From Candidatus Termititenax persephonae (lineage in GTDB: Bacteria; Margulisbacteria; Termititenacia; Termititenacales; Termititenacaceae), in the NCBI GenBank assembly GCA_003864475.1, contig BGZO01000002.1, forward strand, positions 16,137 to 80,136: a stretch of 64,000 nucleotides of DNA. The letters run 5' to 3'. The notes below the pieces were generated by a model. That model ran no database searches. It saw only the letters and a list, made by a program, of their open reading frames with translations, and was not told where the DNA came from. Positions within the stretch are counted from its first letter, which is position 1, and each line of letters starts with the position of its first letter. This document shows, piece by piece, positions 52,638 to 61,872 of this stretch. Both the position numbers and the translations under genes were made by a program.

Positions 52638-54968
52638 TCACTTCGCCTCCAGCCAATTTTTTCCGACCGCCGTATTGACTTGCAGGGGGACTTTGAGCGG
52701 ATAAACCGTGGACATGATTTCCTTAACAAGGGCTTCCACCGCCGCCACTTCGGACTCCGGCAGGTCAAAAACTAATTCATCATGCACTTGCAAAATCATT
52801 TTGGCTTGGTATTTTTTTTCTTGGAGCGCCGCCGCGACGCGAATCATGGCCATCTTTATCAAGTCCGCCGAAGTCCCCTGTATCGGCATGTTGATGGCGG
52901 CACGTTCAGCCATGGCGACCACCTGTTTATTGCCGGTCTGCAGTTCCGGAAAATGGCGACGGCGGCCCAGCAAAGTCGTTACGAAACCCTGCCGCCGCGC
53001 CAAGGCAATGGTGTCGTCAATATATTTTTTGATGCCCGGATACATGGCAAAATAATTGTCGATAAATTCCTGCGCTTCTTTCTGCGGAATGCCGACATCA
53101 CGCGCCAACCGCCGCGCCGACATGCCGTAGGCGATGCCGAAATTGACCGCCTTGGCCTGCGAACGCTGTTCCGAGGTTACTTTGTCCAGCGGCACACCGA
53201 AAACTTTGGCCGCCGTAGACTGATGAATATCTAGGCCTTGCCGAAAAGCGTCTTGGAGATTTTTTTCATCGGCATAATGCGCCAAAATCCGCAGTTCAAT
53301 TTGTGAATAATCCGCGGAGAGCAAAACATGGCCTGTTTTTTCAGGAATAAAAGCCTGCCGAATCTTTTTTCCAGCCTCGCTGCGCACGGGGATATTCTGC
53401 AGATTCGGCTCGGAACTGGACAGGCGCCCGGTCGCCGTAACGGTTTGATTAAAACTGGTGTGCAACTTGCCCTTCCCGTCAATCAACAAGGGCAACGCGT
53501 CGACGTAAGTGGATTTTAATTTGGACAACTGGCGGTATTCCAAGAGCAGACGCGCGATGTCATAGTCATAAGCCAATTCCTCCAGTACCGCCGCGTCGGT
53601 GGAATACCCGGTTTTCGTTTTTTTAATAATCGGCAGTTGGAGTTTCTCGAAAAACACTTCGCCCAGCTGCTTGGGCGAATTGAGATTAAAATGCTGTCCC
53701 GCCAGCGCAAAAATCTTTTCCGCCAAACCCGCAAGCGAGCCGCCCAGCTCCCGGGACATTTTGGCCAAAAAAGACGTGTCAATCCTCACGCCAATCTCCT
53801 GCATCTCCGCCAGCACCCCGGCCAGCGGCAGTTCAATCTCTGCATATAATTTAAACAAACCCTGTTCCTTGAGCAGGCGCACGTATTCCGGCAATTCATC
53901 TATATCATTTTGGTTAATATCCTCCGGGGCAATGGCACGCTCCGGATGGAGGAGATATTTCATCAAGCGCGCGGACAAGGCTTTTTGTGGGTCTAAATTC
54001 GGACTGGAGATTTCGGAGAACAAATCCTGTTGCTCGGCCTGCACGCTGGGAGTGGCCGCCCGGTCTTGCTGAAGCGCCGCGGTGCGCGCCGCCGTCTCCC
54101 CGCCGTACTTCTTAACCAGCGAGGCCAGCTGCAATTCCTTGAGCAGGGGCATGGCTTGGGCGACCACAATATTCTCCATCCGGCACCGAGCCAAGTCAAA
54201 CTCGCCCTGCACCTTAGTGTCAATCGTCGCCAGCCTATAACTCAAAGCTAAACTCTCCAAGTTGGCGGTTAGTTTGGCCTTGACCGCCTGTTGCTTAATG
54301 TTCTCGATATTTTTTTTCAGATTGTCTATCGAACCGTATTCCTGCAGCAGCACAATGGCCGTTTTTTCGCCAATCCCCGGCACGCCCGGAATATTGTCCG
54401 AAGGGTCGCCCATGAGAGCCTTGAGGTCAATAATCTGCTCCGGTTGCAGGCCGCCGTAACGCTCGCCGACCGCGGCCACATCCATCTCTTTGAGCGCGGA
54501 CACGCCCTTTTGCGGCATCAACAAATGCACCTGCTCATTGACCAGTTGCAGGCAATCCTTATCGCCAGTCAAAATCCGCACGGCATAGCCTTGCGCCGCC
54601 GCCAGCTGGGCCACTGTCCCCAGCAGGTCGTCCGCCTCAAAACCCGGCATGGCAAAAATCGGAATATTCGCCTGCCTCAGAATATTTTTTAACCAAGGGA
54701 TTTGGGAACGGAAATTATCGGGAGACGGCGGGCGATGCGCCTTGTATTCTCGATACAGGACATGGCGGAAAGTCGGTTGCGGCAGGTCAAAAGTTACAGC
54801 CAGCGCGTCGGGCTTCCTCTCGTCCAGCAAGGCAAAGAGCGTTTTGCAAAAACCGTAAATGGCATTGGTGGCCTGTCCACCAGTCGTCATCATCGAATCC
54901 GGCAGGGCAAAAAAGGAACGATAAGCCAAAGCATGGCCGTCGATGAGATAAAAGCTTGGCCTAGTCAT
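52638..54968 (-). CDS. polA: DNA polymerase I, compact (776 aa; 5'-nuclease plus polymerase, proofreading domain reduced to a linker)
   Basis: 5'-nuclease motif YLIDGHALAYRSFFAL and polymerase motifs DYSQIELRILAH and QVHDELVF. Only about 90 aa separate the 5'-nuclease from LYAEIELPLAGVLAEME. Confidence 0.93.
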   Translation of the reverse strand: MTRPSFYLIDGHALAYRSFFALPDSMMTTGGQATNAIYGFCKTLFALLDERKPDALAVTFDLPQPTFRHVLYREYKAHRPPSPDNFRSQIPWLKNILRQANIPIFAMPGFEADDLLGTVAQLAAAQGYAVRILTGDKDCLQLVNEQVHLLMPQKGVSALKEMDVAAVGERYGGLQPEQIIDLKALMGDPSDNIPGVPGIGEKTAIVLLQEYGSIDNLKKNIENIKQQAVKAKLTANLESLALSYRLATIDTKVQGEFDLARCRMENIVVAQAMPLLKELQLASLVKKYGGETAARTAALQQDRAATPSVQAEQQDLFSEISSPNLDPQKALSARLMKYLLHPERAIAPEDINQNDIDELPEYVRLLKEQGLFKLYAEIELPLAGVLAEMQEIGVRIDTSFLAKMSRELGGSLAGLAEKIFALAGQHFNLNSPKQLGEVFFEKLQLPIIKKTKTGYSTDAAVLEELAYDYDIARLLLEYRQLSKLKSTYVDALPLLIDGKGKLHTSFNQTVTATGRLSSSEPNLQNIPVRSEAGKKIRQAFIPEKTGHVLLSADYSQIELRILAHYADEKNLQDAFRQGLDIHQSTAAKVFGVPLDKVTSEQRSQAKAVNFGIAYGMSARRLARDVGIPQKEAQEFIDNYFAMYPGIKKYIDDTIALARRQGFVTTLLGRRRHFPELQTGNKQVVAMAERAAINMPIQGTSADLIKMAMIRVAAALQEKKYQAKMILQVHDELVFDLPESEVAAVEALVKEIMSTVYPLKVPLQVNTAVGKNWLEAK

Positions 54969-55060
54969 TTGGGTATTCTAACACACCTCAACACTTCGGC
55001 AGTGTTCACGAATGGGGAGCGCGTATCCAGCACCGCCCCTGAAATTGTCTGGCTCTTAAA

Positions 55061-56440
55061 CTAAGCCTGCCCTTTCGGCAGCTCACGCATATGCGGAAAA
55101 AACAGCACGTCGCGGATAGACTCCTGCCCGGTCAAGAGCATGACCAGCCTGTCCATGCCAATGCCCAAACCGCCCGTCGGCGGCATGCCGTGTTGGAGCG
55201 CGACAATATAATCCTCGTCTTTCATATTGGCTTCGAGATTGCCAGCGGCACGTTGCTTGACCTGCTCGTCAAAACGCGCGTCTTGGTCAACCGGGTCATT
55301 CAACTCGGAGTAAGCATTGGCCAATTCCATTCCGGCAATAATCAACTCAAATCTCTCCACCAAACCGGGCTTAGCGCGGTGCTTCTTTGCCAACGGGGAA
55401 TCGGCCAGCGGAAAATCCACAACGAATACCGGGTTGACCGTCTCCGCCTCAAACTTATCCATGTCTTTAATATCGCCGTACGGCACGCGCGGCCACGGCG
55501 TTGTAAAATCAATTTCCTTAGCGCCGTAGGGGATTTTATAACCGCCTGTCAAAGCCTTGACCACGCCAGAGATTAACCGCTCGGTCAATCGCAGCATACC
55601 CGCGCAGTCCGTATAAGCCTGGTAAAGTTCCATGAGCGTGTATTCAGGGTTATGTTTGTAAGAAATACCTTCGTTACGGAAAACGCGCCCGATTTCGTAA
55701 ACCTTCTCAAAACCGCCGACTATCAAACGCTTGAGCGGCAGCTCCAGCGAGATGCGCAGATACAAATCCATCGCCAAGGCATTATGAAAAGTTTTGAAAG
55801 GCCGCGCCGCCGCGCCGCCCGGAATCATTTGCAGAACAGGCGTTTCGACCTCGATAAAACCTTCCTTGTCCAGTAACTCGCGCGTCAGCCGCAAAATCTG
55901 ACTGCGGCGGACAAAAACATTTTTGACCTCAGGATTGGCGATAAGGTCGAGATAACGCTGGCGATACCGCGTCTCCTTGTCAGTCAGCCCGTGGAATTTC
56001 TCCGGCAGCGGCAGTAGAGCCTTGGTTAGTATCGTTAATTTCTCTAATCTAATCGACAACTCGCCGCGCTGGGTGCGAAATATCTTGCCTTCCGCCCCAA
56101 CAATGTCGCCGAGGTCGACCCCGTGCAAAAGTTTGTGATACGCTTCTTCCCCCAGCAAATCCATCTTGGCGTAATACTGAATCTTGCCGCTCTGATCGAG
56201 AATATTGCCGAAAGACGCTTTGCCATGACCGCGCTTGGCAACGACGCGCCCGGCAATTTTATAAGCCTCGGCTGATTCTCCTTCCGGCGGCAGGGACTCA
56301 TATTTCTGTAGCAAGTCCGCGATAAACGCATCGCGCTCACAGTCGTATTTGTAAGGCTCGTCTCCGGCGGCGCGCATGTCCTGCATTTTTTTCAGGCGCA
56401 TTTCGGGTTCGGAAAGGCTGTTAATATCAACCTCAGTCAT
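55061..56440 (-). CDS. lysS: Lysine-tRNA ligase, class II
   Basis: OB-fold N-terminus and class II motifs RVFRNEGISYKHNPEYT and GGLGIGMDRLVMLL. Confidence 0.95.
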   Translation of the reverse strand: MTEVDINSLSEPEMRLKKMQDMRAAGDEPYKYDCERDAFIADLLQKYESLPPEGESAEAYKIAGRVVAKRGHGKASFGNILDQSGKIQYYAKMDLLGEEAYHKLLHGVDLGDIVGAEGKIFRTQRGELSIRLEKLTILTKALLPLPEKFHGLTDKETRYRQRYLDLIANPEVKNVFVRRSQILRLTRELLDKEGFIEVETPVLQMIPGGAAARPFKTFHNALAMDLYLRISLELPLKRLIVGGFEKVYEIGRVFRNEGISYKHNPEYTLMELYQAYTDCAGMLRLTERLISGVVKALTGGYKIPYGAKEIDFTTPWPRVPYGDIKDMDKFEAETVNPVFVVDFPLADSPLAKKHRAKPGLVERFELIIAGMELANAYSELNDPVDQDARFDEQVKQRAAGNLEANMKDEDYIVALQHGMPPTGGLGIGMDRLVMLLTGQESIRDVLFFPHMRELPKGQA

Positions 56441-56477
56441 GGGCGAAATTATAGGCTATTTTACCGCAGGCGACCAG

Positions 56478-56572
56478 CCAAGGGCGCAACCAGCGCACTT
56501 GGCGACCGAGCCGAGGATACCTATCCGGCAAGGAAGTCCAAGGGCGCAACCAGCGCACTTGGCACTTTTTTT
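56478..56572. repeat. Additional copy of the two-hairpin repeat module, ending in a hairpin plus T7 run
   Basis: CCAAGGGCGCAACCAGCGCACTTGG occurs twice (56478-56502 and 56538-56562). These flank GACCGA / GCCGAGGATACCTATCCGGC / AAGGAAGT, which is near-identical to 51801-51834. T7 lies at 56566-56572. Confidence 0.8.
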
Positions 56573-56631
56573 GCTTCTTCTACTAGAAAACCCAAGCCCA
56601 AAAAAGCACTGGGTAAAAAAAGGAGCGACTT

Positions 56632-58626
56632 ATGTTTATTGTTCTGGCCAAATTTTGGCAAAAATATCGGCGACAACGTTTAGTCTATCAGGCGCATCTG
56701 CGTAAAATCCGGCGGCTGCTGGACGTGCCGTCCGAATATATTACCCGCCCGGCCACGCAAAAATTAGCGGTAGAATACGCGCCGAGCCAAAAGTATTTTC
56801 AGCGGCGCCGCCTTATTTTTCGCTGGAGCATCCGGTGTTTCCTGCGCTACATGGCGGACTTTGACCGGGGCAGCGCGCGGCTCAATCAAAAATTTCTGCG
56901 GCGAGAACTCAAAACACACCGAAAATTATTTGACAATATTGCCGGGAAATCGCTGGACAGTCAGCAGCGCCGCGCCATCGTTACGGACGAACACAGCAAC
57001 CTGATACTTGCCGGGGCGGGCAGTGGCAAGACCCTGACCATCGCAGGCAAAGTCCAATATTTAGCGCGGACTAAGGGCATTGACCCGCAGAAAATCCTCG
57101 TCCTGTCTTTTACCCGCAAGGCGGTGCAGGAATTGCAGGAGCGCATCGTGAACAAACTCGGCGTAAACATTCAGGTCTGGACATTCCATCAGCTGGGACT
57201 GCGCATCCTGCGTCAGCACGGCAGACCTAGCCTCGCGGAGGAAAGCCTGTTGAGCCAAATCGTGCGAAATTATTTTGCGCAAGTCCTGCCGCAAAATTCC
57301 GCGTCATTCCTGAACGCCCTGCGCCTAATCGGCAGTACGCCACGGGACACGGCAGAATTAACCCGACTCCAGAAACAGGCGGCGGATTGGCAGTCCGCAG
57401 ATTGGCCTCTAGCCAAATTGGCGCAGTTAAGCTGCACATTCCTTAATCTCCTAAAGTCCAGTGGCCGCACCCCAGCCGACCTAACAGCCCCGCCAGCATC
57501 CGCGGACGCGCCAAAATCAAGAGCCGCGCTTTTCTTGGAGATTTTGCCGCCGCTCTTTGAACTGTACCAGGCCACATTGACCGCACAAAACAAGATAGAC
57601 TTCCACGACATGATTAATCTAGCCGCCCAGCTGGTACGGGAGCGGGGCAGTCCCGCGCCGTATCAATATATTATCGTGGACGAGTATCAGGATATTTCTC
57701 TGAGCCGCTTCCAGCTCATCAAGGCCATTCGGGAAAAAACCAGCGCGAAACTGATTTGTGTCGGCGACGACTGGCAGTCCATTTACCGATTTGCCGGCAG
57801 TGAGATAAGTTTATTTACTGATTTTCAACGGCAGGCCGGGCAGGCCGCACTGTTGCGGATAGAACGCACTTACCGCAATTCACAAAACCTAATCAATATC
57901 GCCGCCCGCTTCATTCAGGCCAATCCCGCCCAGTTAAAGAAAAAATTGTATTCCCGCCAGCGCATCCGCCAGCCGCTGCGCGTCATTAAATACGCCAAAG
58001 GGCAGGAACGCAGCGCATTGGAACAGGCCATCCTCAATATTATTGAGGAATACGGCGAGCAAAAATCCCTGCTCATTCTGGGGCGGCATTACCGGGATAT
58101 TCAAGAATTTTTGCCCGATTGCCGGGACAAGAGCAGATACCAACTTTTTCAATTTAACGCCGCCAGCGGTGAGGTAATCTATGCCCGGCGACCAAAACTA
58201 AAAATCAATTATCTGACCGCGCACAAGGCCAAAGGGCTGGAGGCCGACAATGTTATCGTGTTGAATTTGTCCGAGCGTGCGCTGGGCTTTCCCAATCAAA
58301 TAACCGACGACCCGCTCCTGTCCCTGGTCTTGGCCAAAGCCGAGGGTTTCCCGCTGGCCGAGGAACGCCGTTTGTTTTACGTCGCCATTACTAGGACACG
58401 CCACACCGTCTATTTGCTGGCCCCGCGGCAGAAACCGTCCTGTTTCGTAACGGAGTGCGCGGCCTATCGGGATGTCCGCGTCAGCGAACTGGCGCGGGGA
58501 GACAAGCCGTTAATCTGTCCGCGCTGTCAGACTGGGCATTTGACCATCTTCACGCGCCGTGGCCACCAGTTCTGGGGCTGTGAAAACCAGCCGTGGTGCG
58601 GATACAAATTGGTTAATTACCTCTAG
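56632..58626 (+). CDS. helD: UvrD/Rep-superfamily helicase IV-like protein with a C-terminal topoisomerase-type zinc ribbon
   Basis: Walker A AGAGSGKT, VDEYQD, VGDDWQSIYRFAG and YVAITRTRH, colinear with E. coli HelD as I recall its sequence. The C-terminus reads CPRCQTGHL...WGCENQPWCGYK. Confidence 0.85.
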   Translation: MFIVLAKFWQKYRRQRLVYQAHLRKIRRLLDVPSEYITRPATQKLAVEYAPSQKYFQRRRLIFRWSIRCFLRYMADFDRGSARLNQKFLRRELKTHRKLFDNIAGKSLDSQQRRAIVTDEHSNLILAGAGSGKTLTIAGKVQYLARTKGIDPQKILVLSFTRKAVQELQERIVNKLGVNIQVWTFHQLGLRILRQHGRPSLAEESLLSQIVRNYFAQVLPQNSASFLNALRLIGSTPRDTAELTRLQKQAADWQSADWPLAKLAQLSCTFLNLLKSSGRTPADLTAPPASADAPKSRAALFLEILPPLFELYQATLTAQNKIDFHDMINLAAQLVRERGSPAPYQYIIVDEYQDISLSRFQLIKAIREKTSAKLICVGDDWQSIYRFAGSEISLFTDFQRQAGQAALLRIERTYRNSQNLINIAARFIQANPAQLKKKLYSRQRIRQPLRVIKYAKGQERSALEQAILNIIEEYGEQKSLLILGRHYRDIQEFLPDCRDKSRYQLFQFNAASGEVIYARRPKLKINYLTAHKAKGLEADNVIVLNLSERALGFPNQITDDPLLSLVLAKAEGFPLAEERRLFYVAITRTRHTVYLLAPRQKPSCFVTECAAYRDVRVSELARGDKPLICPRCQTGHLTIFTRRGHQFWGCENQPWCGYKLVNYL

Positions 58627-60049
58627 TCCGCCAACCCGACTCATTCAGCAGATTTTTCAACGGCAGCGCCACCATGCCCAGCCTCAATAAAAGCTGTTCG
58701 TAAACTATATAACCTAAAGCGCCGAATTTGAAAGGTAATTGCCTGGCCTGTCCCAGCGGAGCTTGATTATAAGAATACAGCGGGTCAATCTGAATCAAGC
58801 TGGCATACCTAGCGTTTCTAAATTCTTTCTGGGTACGCGGGGTATGGAGACTCATGTCCAGCAGAATAACGCCGCCATCCCGCGCCAATCTTTGCAAGGG
58901 CAGCGGGTCATCTTTGTATAAATCCTGCGCTACCGCTGGCAAAGTTTCTGTGGCCTGTAATATCGTGCTGTTGGCGCGTGAAGGGTCCAAAAAAATATGT
59001 TTTCTAAACACCGCCCGCGCTTGTGCGTCTTGATATTTCGAATCAAAATAAGCGCAGGCATAATCATACATCAATTGTTTTTCTGTAACGATTGGATAGT
59101 CCCCGCTGGCATCCGGCGGTTTGGTTACGTCCTTCTCTCCGTTACTGCCGGAGAAATATATATCCCGCACTTTGTCAGCAACATATAAATTTACCGCCTC
59201 CGCCGCCAAATTTTTACCGAAATCATTGATAACAATCGTGCCATTGTCCTGCCTGCTCCAGGCCGAGCCAATCACCACGGCGGCCCTGGCTGGCCGCAAA
59301 TTTTCCGGTTTGGGCAAGGAAAATTTGGTAATCATCCGGCGCACAAAATCATCCAGCCAAACCGCCGAGCTATGCGCCCCAGCGCCCAGCAGTACCGGAT
59401 TTTCCTGCGTGATATAAATCAACCGCCAACCGTCCGCCGCCTCGCCCGCTGGTTTAAAAACCAAAGACCCCTGCTGATGATTTTTAGGCTGCAGATAAGC
59501 GTCTAAATTTTTTAATTCGGCCTGCAACAGGGCGTGAGAAAAAACGCCGCCAACTCTAACCTTATCCGTGAGGTCTATGGCCAGAGCGTGTTCCGCCGGA
59601 GGCCAATACCCCTGTGGTGTTAAGACCCGCCCCTCAAAATCCGGCAGAATAGCCAAGGAACGGGAACCATAAACCCTGGCCGCAGGATAGGTCTGCCGGG
59701 CAATTTTACGGGGCTTAAAATCCGCTGCTTTCAGACTATCCAGAATAGTCCAGTAAACCGTGTTTCTCCGTCCGGCAAAAACATGGACATGGGAATTTTT
59801 CCAATTTTGCAAATCGCCCAGATTGGTCAAAGCCAGCCACTCCGTGCGTGCCACCGCCGGATTGTCTGCCACAATATTTTCCAGACGTTCAATCAAGCCG
59901 TTCAGTATTCCCTGTGTGCTGCCTTCCGCCGCAATATTGACAATATGATAACTCTTGTTATTACCTTTCAATAAAGTATATGGATTACCCATGTCCCCGC
60001 CATTGCGGACATCCACTTCCCAGTAAGCGACATTTTTTAAGAAAAACAT
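58613..60049 (-). CDS. Hypothetical protein: unknown N-terminal domain of about 250 aa fused to a DUF218 (YdcF/ElyC/SanA)-like C-terminal domain
   Basis: I prefer the start at MFFLKNVAYW (60049), with AAGGAG 6 nt upstream. The C-terminal part shows AAVVIGSAW...IYFSGSNG...ANSTILQA...VILLDMSLHTPRT, resembling DUF218 motifs. It overlaps the helD 3' end by 14 nt in convergent orientation. Confidence 0.5.
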   Translation of the reverse strand: MFFLKNVAYWEVDVRNGGDMGNPYTLLKGNNKSYHIVNIAAEGSTQGILNGLIERLENIVADNPAVARTEWLALTNLGDLQNWKNSHVHVFAGRRNTVYWTILDSLKAADFKPRKIARQTYPAARVYGSRSLAILPDFEGRVLTPQGYWPPAEHALAIDLTDKVRVGGVFSHALLQAELKNLDAYLQPKNHQQGSLVFKPAGEAADGWRLIYITQENPVLLGAGAHSSAVWLDDFVRRMITKFSLPKPENLRPARAAVVIGSAWSRQDNGTIVINDFGKNLAAEAVNLYVADKVRDIYFSGSNGEKDVTKPPDASGDYPIVTEKQLMYDYACAYFDSKYQDAQARAVFRKHIFLDPSRANSTILQATETLPAVAQDLYKDDPLPLQRLARDGGVILLDMSLHTPRTQKEFRNARYASLIQIDPLYSYNQAPLGQARQLPFKFGALGYIVYEQLLLRLGMVALPLKNLLNESGWRTRGN

Positions 60050-60317
60050 ATCACGCTCCTTCTTATCAATATATCGACTGCACGGCAAATTCATCCCATT
60101 TTTTTTAGCAAAATCTCCGGGACAAAATAAAATTACTGACGATATATATGTATAAGTATAATTTCTATATTTACGGGTAATGTTTTATTGGCAAAAAGGA
60201 GCTGCTTTATGTATTTGAAATTTATATCTAATGGGAAGGATTTTATTGATTATGAAGCTTTTGAAGCTTGTCTGACCGAGGTAAAAAAAGATCCTTGGAC
60301 GCTTATATATCGAAGAT

Positions 60318-60836
60318 GTGTTAAAATCCTTTACTCCTAAGCAAATATATGAGCTTTGCATAACAGCGACCAGTTTCTCTGGTTCGACAGTTCAGTTTAT
60401 ATTCAGGAAGAGGTCGATTGCCCTTGCTGAGAAGCTTTTTAATCCAGAACAGTTGGAATGCCTTGCGATGACAGCCGTTAAAAATAATGGATTAAGCCTG
60501 GACTATTTGCCATATAAATTGAGAAATCCTTATATTTGTTACGCGGCATGCGAGCAAAATTCTAGGGCGATGGGAAGCCTACCTTACCTGCCCGGCAATG
60601 TAGAAATAGAAACAGTCTATGTCTTTGCAAAAGAACAAGAGATAAAAGAATATGAGGCACGAGAATTCGATAGAGAAGCAGGTTTAACTATCAATCTCTA
60701 CCCATACCGGGACCAATCCGAAATATATAACGGAGAATTACTGGCCAGAGAAAAAGCACGTATAGACATGGAATTGGAGAAACGCAGACCCACGGCGCTA
60801 CAACGCATAGAACGGGAGAAAAGTGCTCCTAAATAG
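60318..60836 (+). CDS. DUF4116-like repeat protein; probably the downstream part of a frameshifted gene starting at 60209
   Basis: AVKNNGLSLDYLPYKLRNPYICYAACEQNSRA resembles DUF4116 repeats. An overlapping 43-codon ORF (60209-60340) with AAGGAG upstream also ends in a DUF4116-like EACLTEVKKDPWTLIY. Confidence 0.45.
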   Translation: MLKSFTPKQIYELCITATSFSGSTVQFIFRKRSIALAEKLFNPEQLECLAMTAVKNNGLSLDYLPYKLRNPYICYAACEQNSRAMGSLPYLPGNVEIETVYVFAKEQEIKEYEAREFDREAGLTINLYPYRDQSEIYNGELLAREKARIDMELEKRRPTALQRIEREKSAPK

Positions 60837-61002
60837 AGGGACTGAGCTTTGCGCCATCTTACCTCGCAGGGAAAGATGTAGTTTTCGGTAAAAAAACTGA
60901 CGGCGAATATTATCCCAAACTAATCCATAAAATCCCTGAAATCTGACCTTAATTTTTTACGATAATTCATTAGAAAAAGGCATTTGCTTAAATCCCCGAA
61001 AG

Positions 61003-61428
61003 CTATACACCCGCAGGCGGCCTGGCGCCATTCACCAAACGCACTGCAGTCCGTCTTTCATAATACCGCGCCGCTGTCCGGTCAACGGTCAAAAAGGTCA
61101 GGTTATTGCGCAACGCCGTCCAAATCAGCAGGCGGTCAAAGGGGTCTTTGTGGCGCAGGGGCAGTTGATAATTGGTTATCAAGTCCAGATTATTTAAGGG
61201 CAGGCAAACATAACTGCGCGTTTCTAATTCCGCAAAAAATTCTTCGGGAGTATAACCTTCAAGTGTCAATTTCTTTACGCTGTATTTAATAGAAATTTCC
61301 CATAAACTAACCGGACTATAATACACTAAATTATTTTCATCAGCTAAAATATCCAAAACTGTCGGGGATATTTTTTTCAGTGCCAAAAAAGCCCAAATCA
61401 GAATATGCGTATCGACTAAGTAATTCAT
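61003..61428 (-). CDS. vapC: PIN-domain toxin VapC
   Basis: The MNYLVDTHILIWAF N-terminus with an acidic residue is typical of PIN-domain proteins. It immediately follows its antitoxin gene. Confidence 0.85.
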   Translation of the reverse strand: MNYLVDTHILIWAFLALKKISPTVLDILADENNLVYYSPVSLWEISIKYSVKKLTLEGYTPEEFFAELETRSYVCLPLNNLDLITNYQLPLRHKDPFDRLLIWTALRNNLTFLTVDRTAARYYERRTAVRLVNGARPPAGV

Positions 61429-61671
61429 TTATTTCATATTTAGCAATTCTTCAGTGGTCATATACCAGTCTTTGGCAAATTTTACTTTCATTTTTCCTTC
61501 TAGCGAGCCAAGTCCGCGCGTCTTTTTTTTCTGGCGCGCGGCAAAAGGCACCAGCAGCGCCACCATTTCTTTCTTCCGTCCATAAGAAATAGCAATCTCC
61601 TCGCCTTTCTCCACATCTTTGAGCAGGGCGGAAAAATGAGTTTTAGCTTCGGCTACCGGAAATGTTTTCAT
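61429..61671 (-). CDS. Type II antitoxin (Phd/YefM-like) partner of VapC
   Basis: 80 aa with MKTFPVAEAKTHFSALLKDVEKGEEIAISYGRKKEMVALLVPF. Its stop is adjacent to the vapC start. Confidence 0.8.
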   Translation of the reverse strand: MKTFPVAEAKTHFSALLKDVEKGEEIAISYGRKKEMVALLVPFAARQKKKTRGLGSLEGKMKVKFAKDWYMTTEELLNMK

Positions 61672-61688
61672 GTTGCCAATATAGCATA

Positions 61689-61707
61689 CTTGGTCAAGTT
61701 GACCAAG
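61689..61707. promoter_or_regulatory. Perfect 9-bp inverted repeat CTTGGTCAA-G-TTGACCAAG upstream of the vapBC operon
   Basis: It lies 18-36 nt upstream of the antitoxin ATG, making it a likely autoregulatory operator. Confidence 0.5.
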
Positions 61708-61768
61708 AAATCTAAAGCTTTTTAACAGTTACATGTCTGTCAACAACACATAAACACAAGAGTTTAAT

Positions 61769-61817
61769 CAACCGACAAACAATCCTATAAGTTTTCTTGG
61801 TCGCGTATATTTTGCAA
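61769..61817 (-). pseudogene. Remnant of a second relE-family toxin gene
   Basis: This 49-nt stretch matches 63034-63082, inside the intact relE-like gene, at 42 of 49 positions by hand alignment. It would encode CKIYATKKTYRIVCRL versus YKIYVAKKTYRIVYRL. No intact ORF surrounds it. Confidence 0.7.
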
Positions 61818-61872
61818 CGATTGCAAAAAACCTGCGATACCCTAATGCGACACAAAACCATAAGGAGTTATT

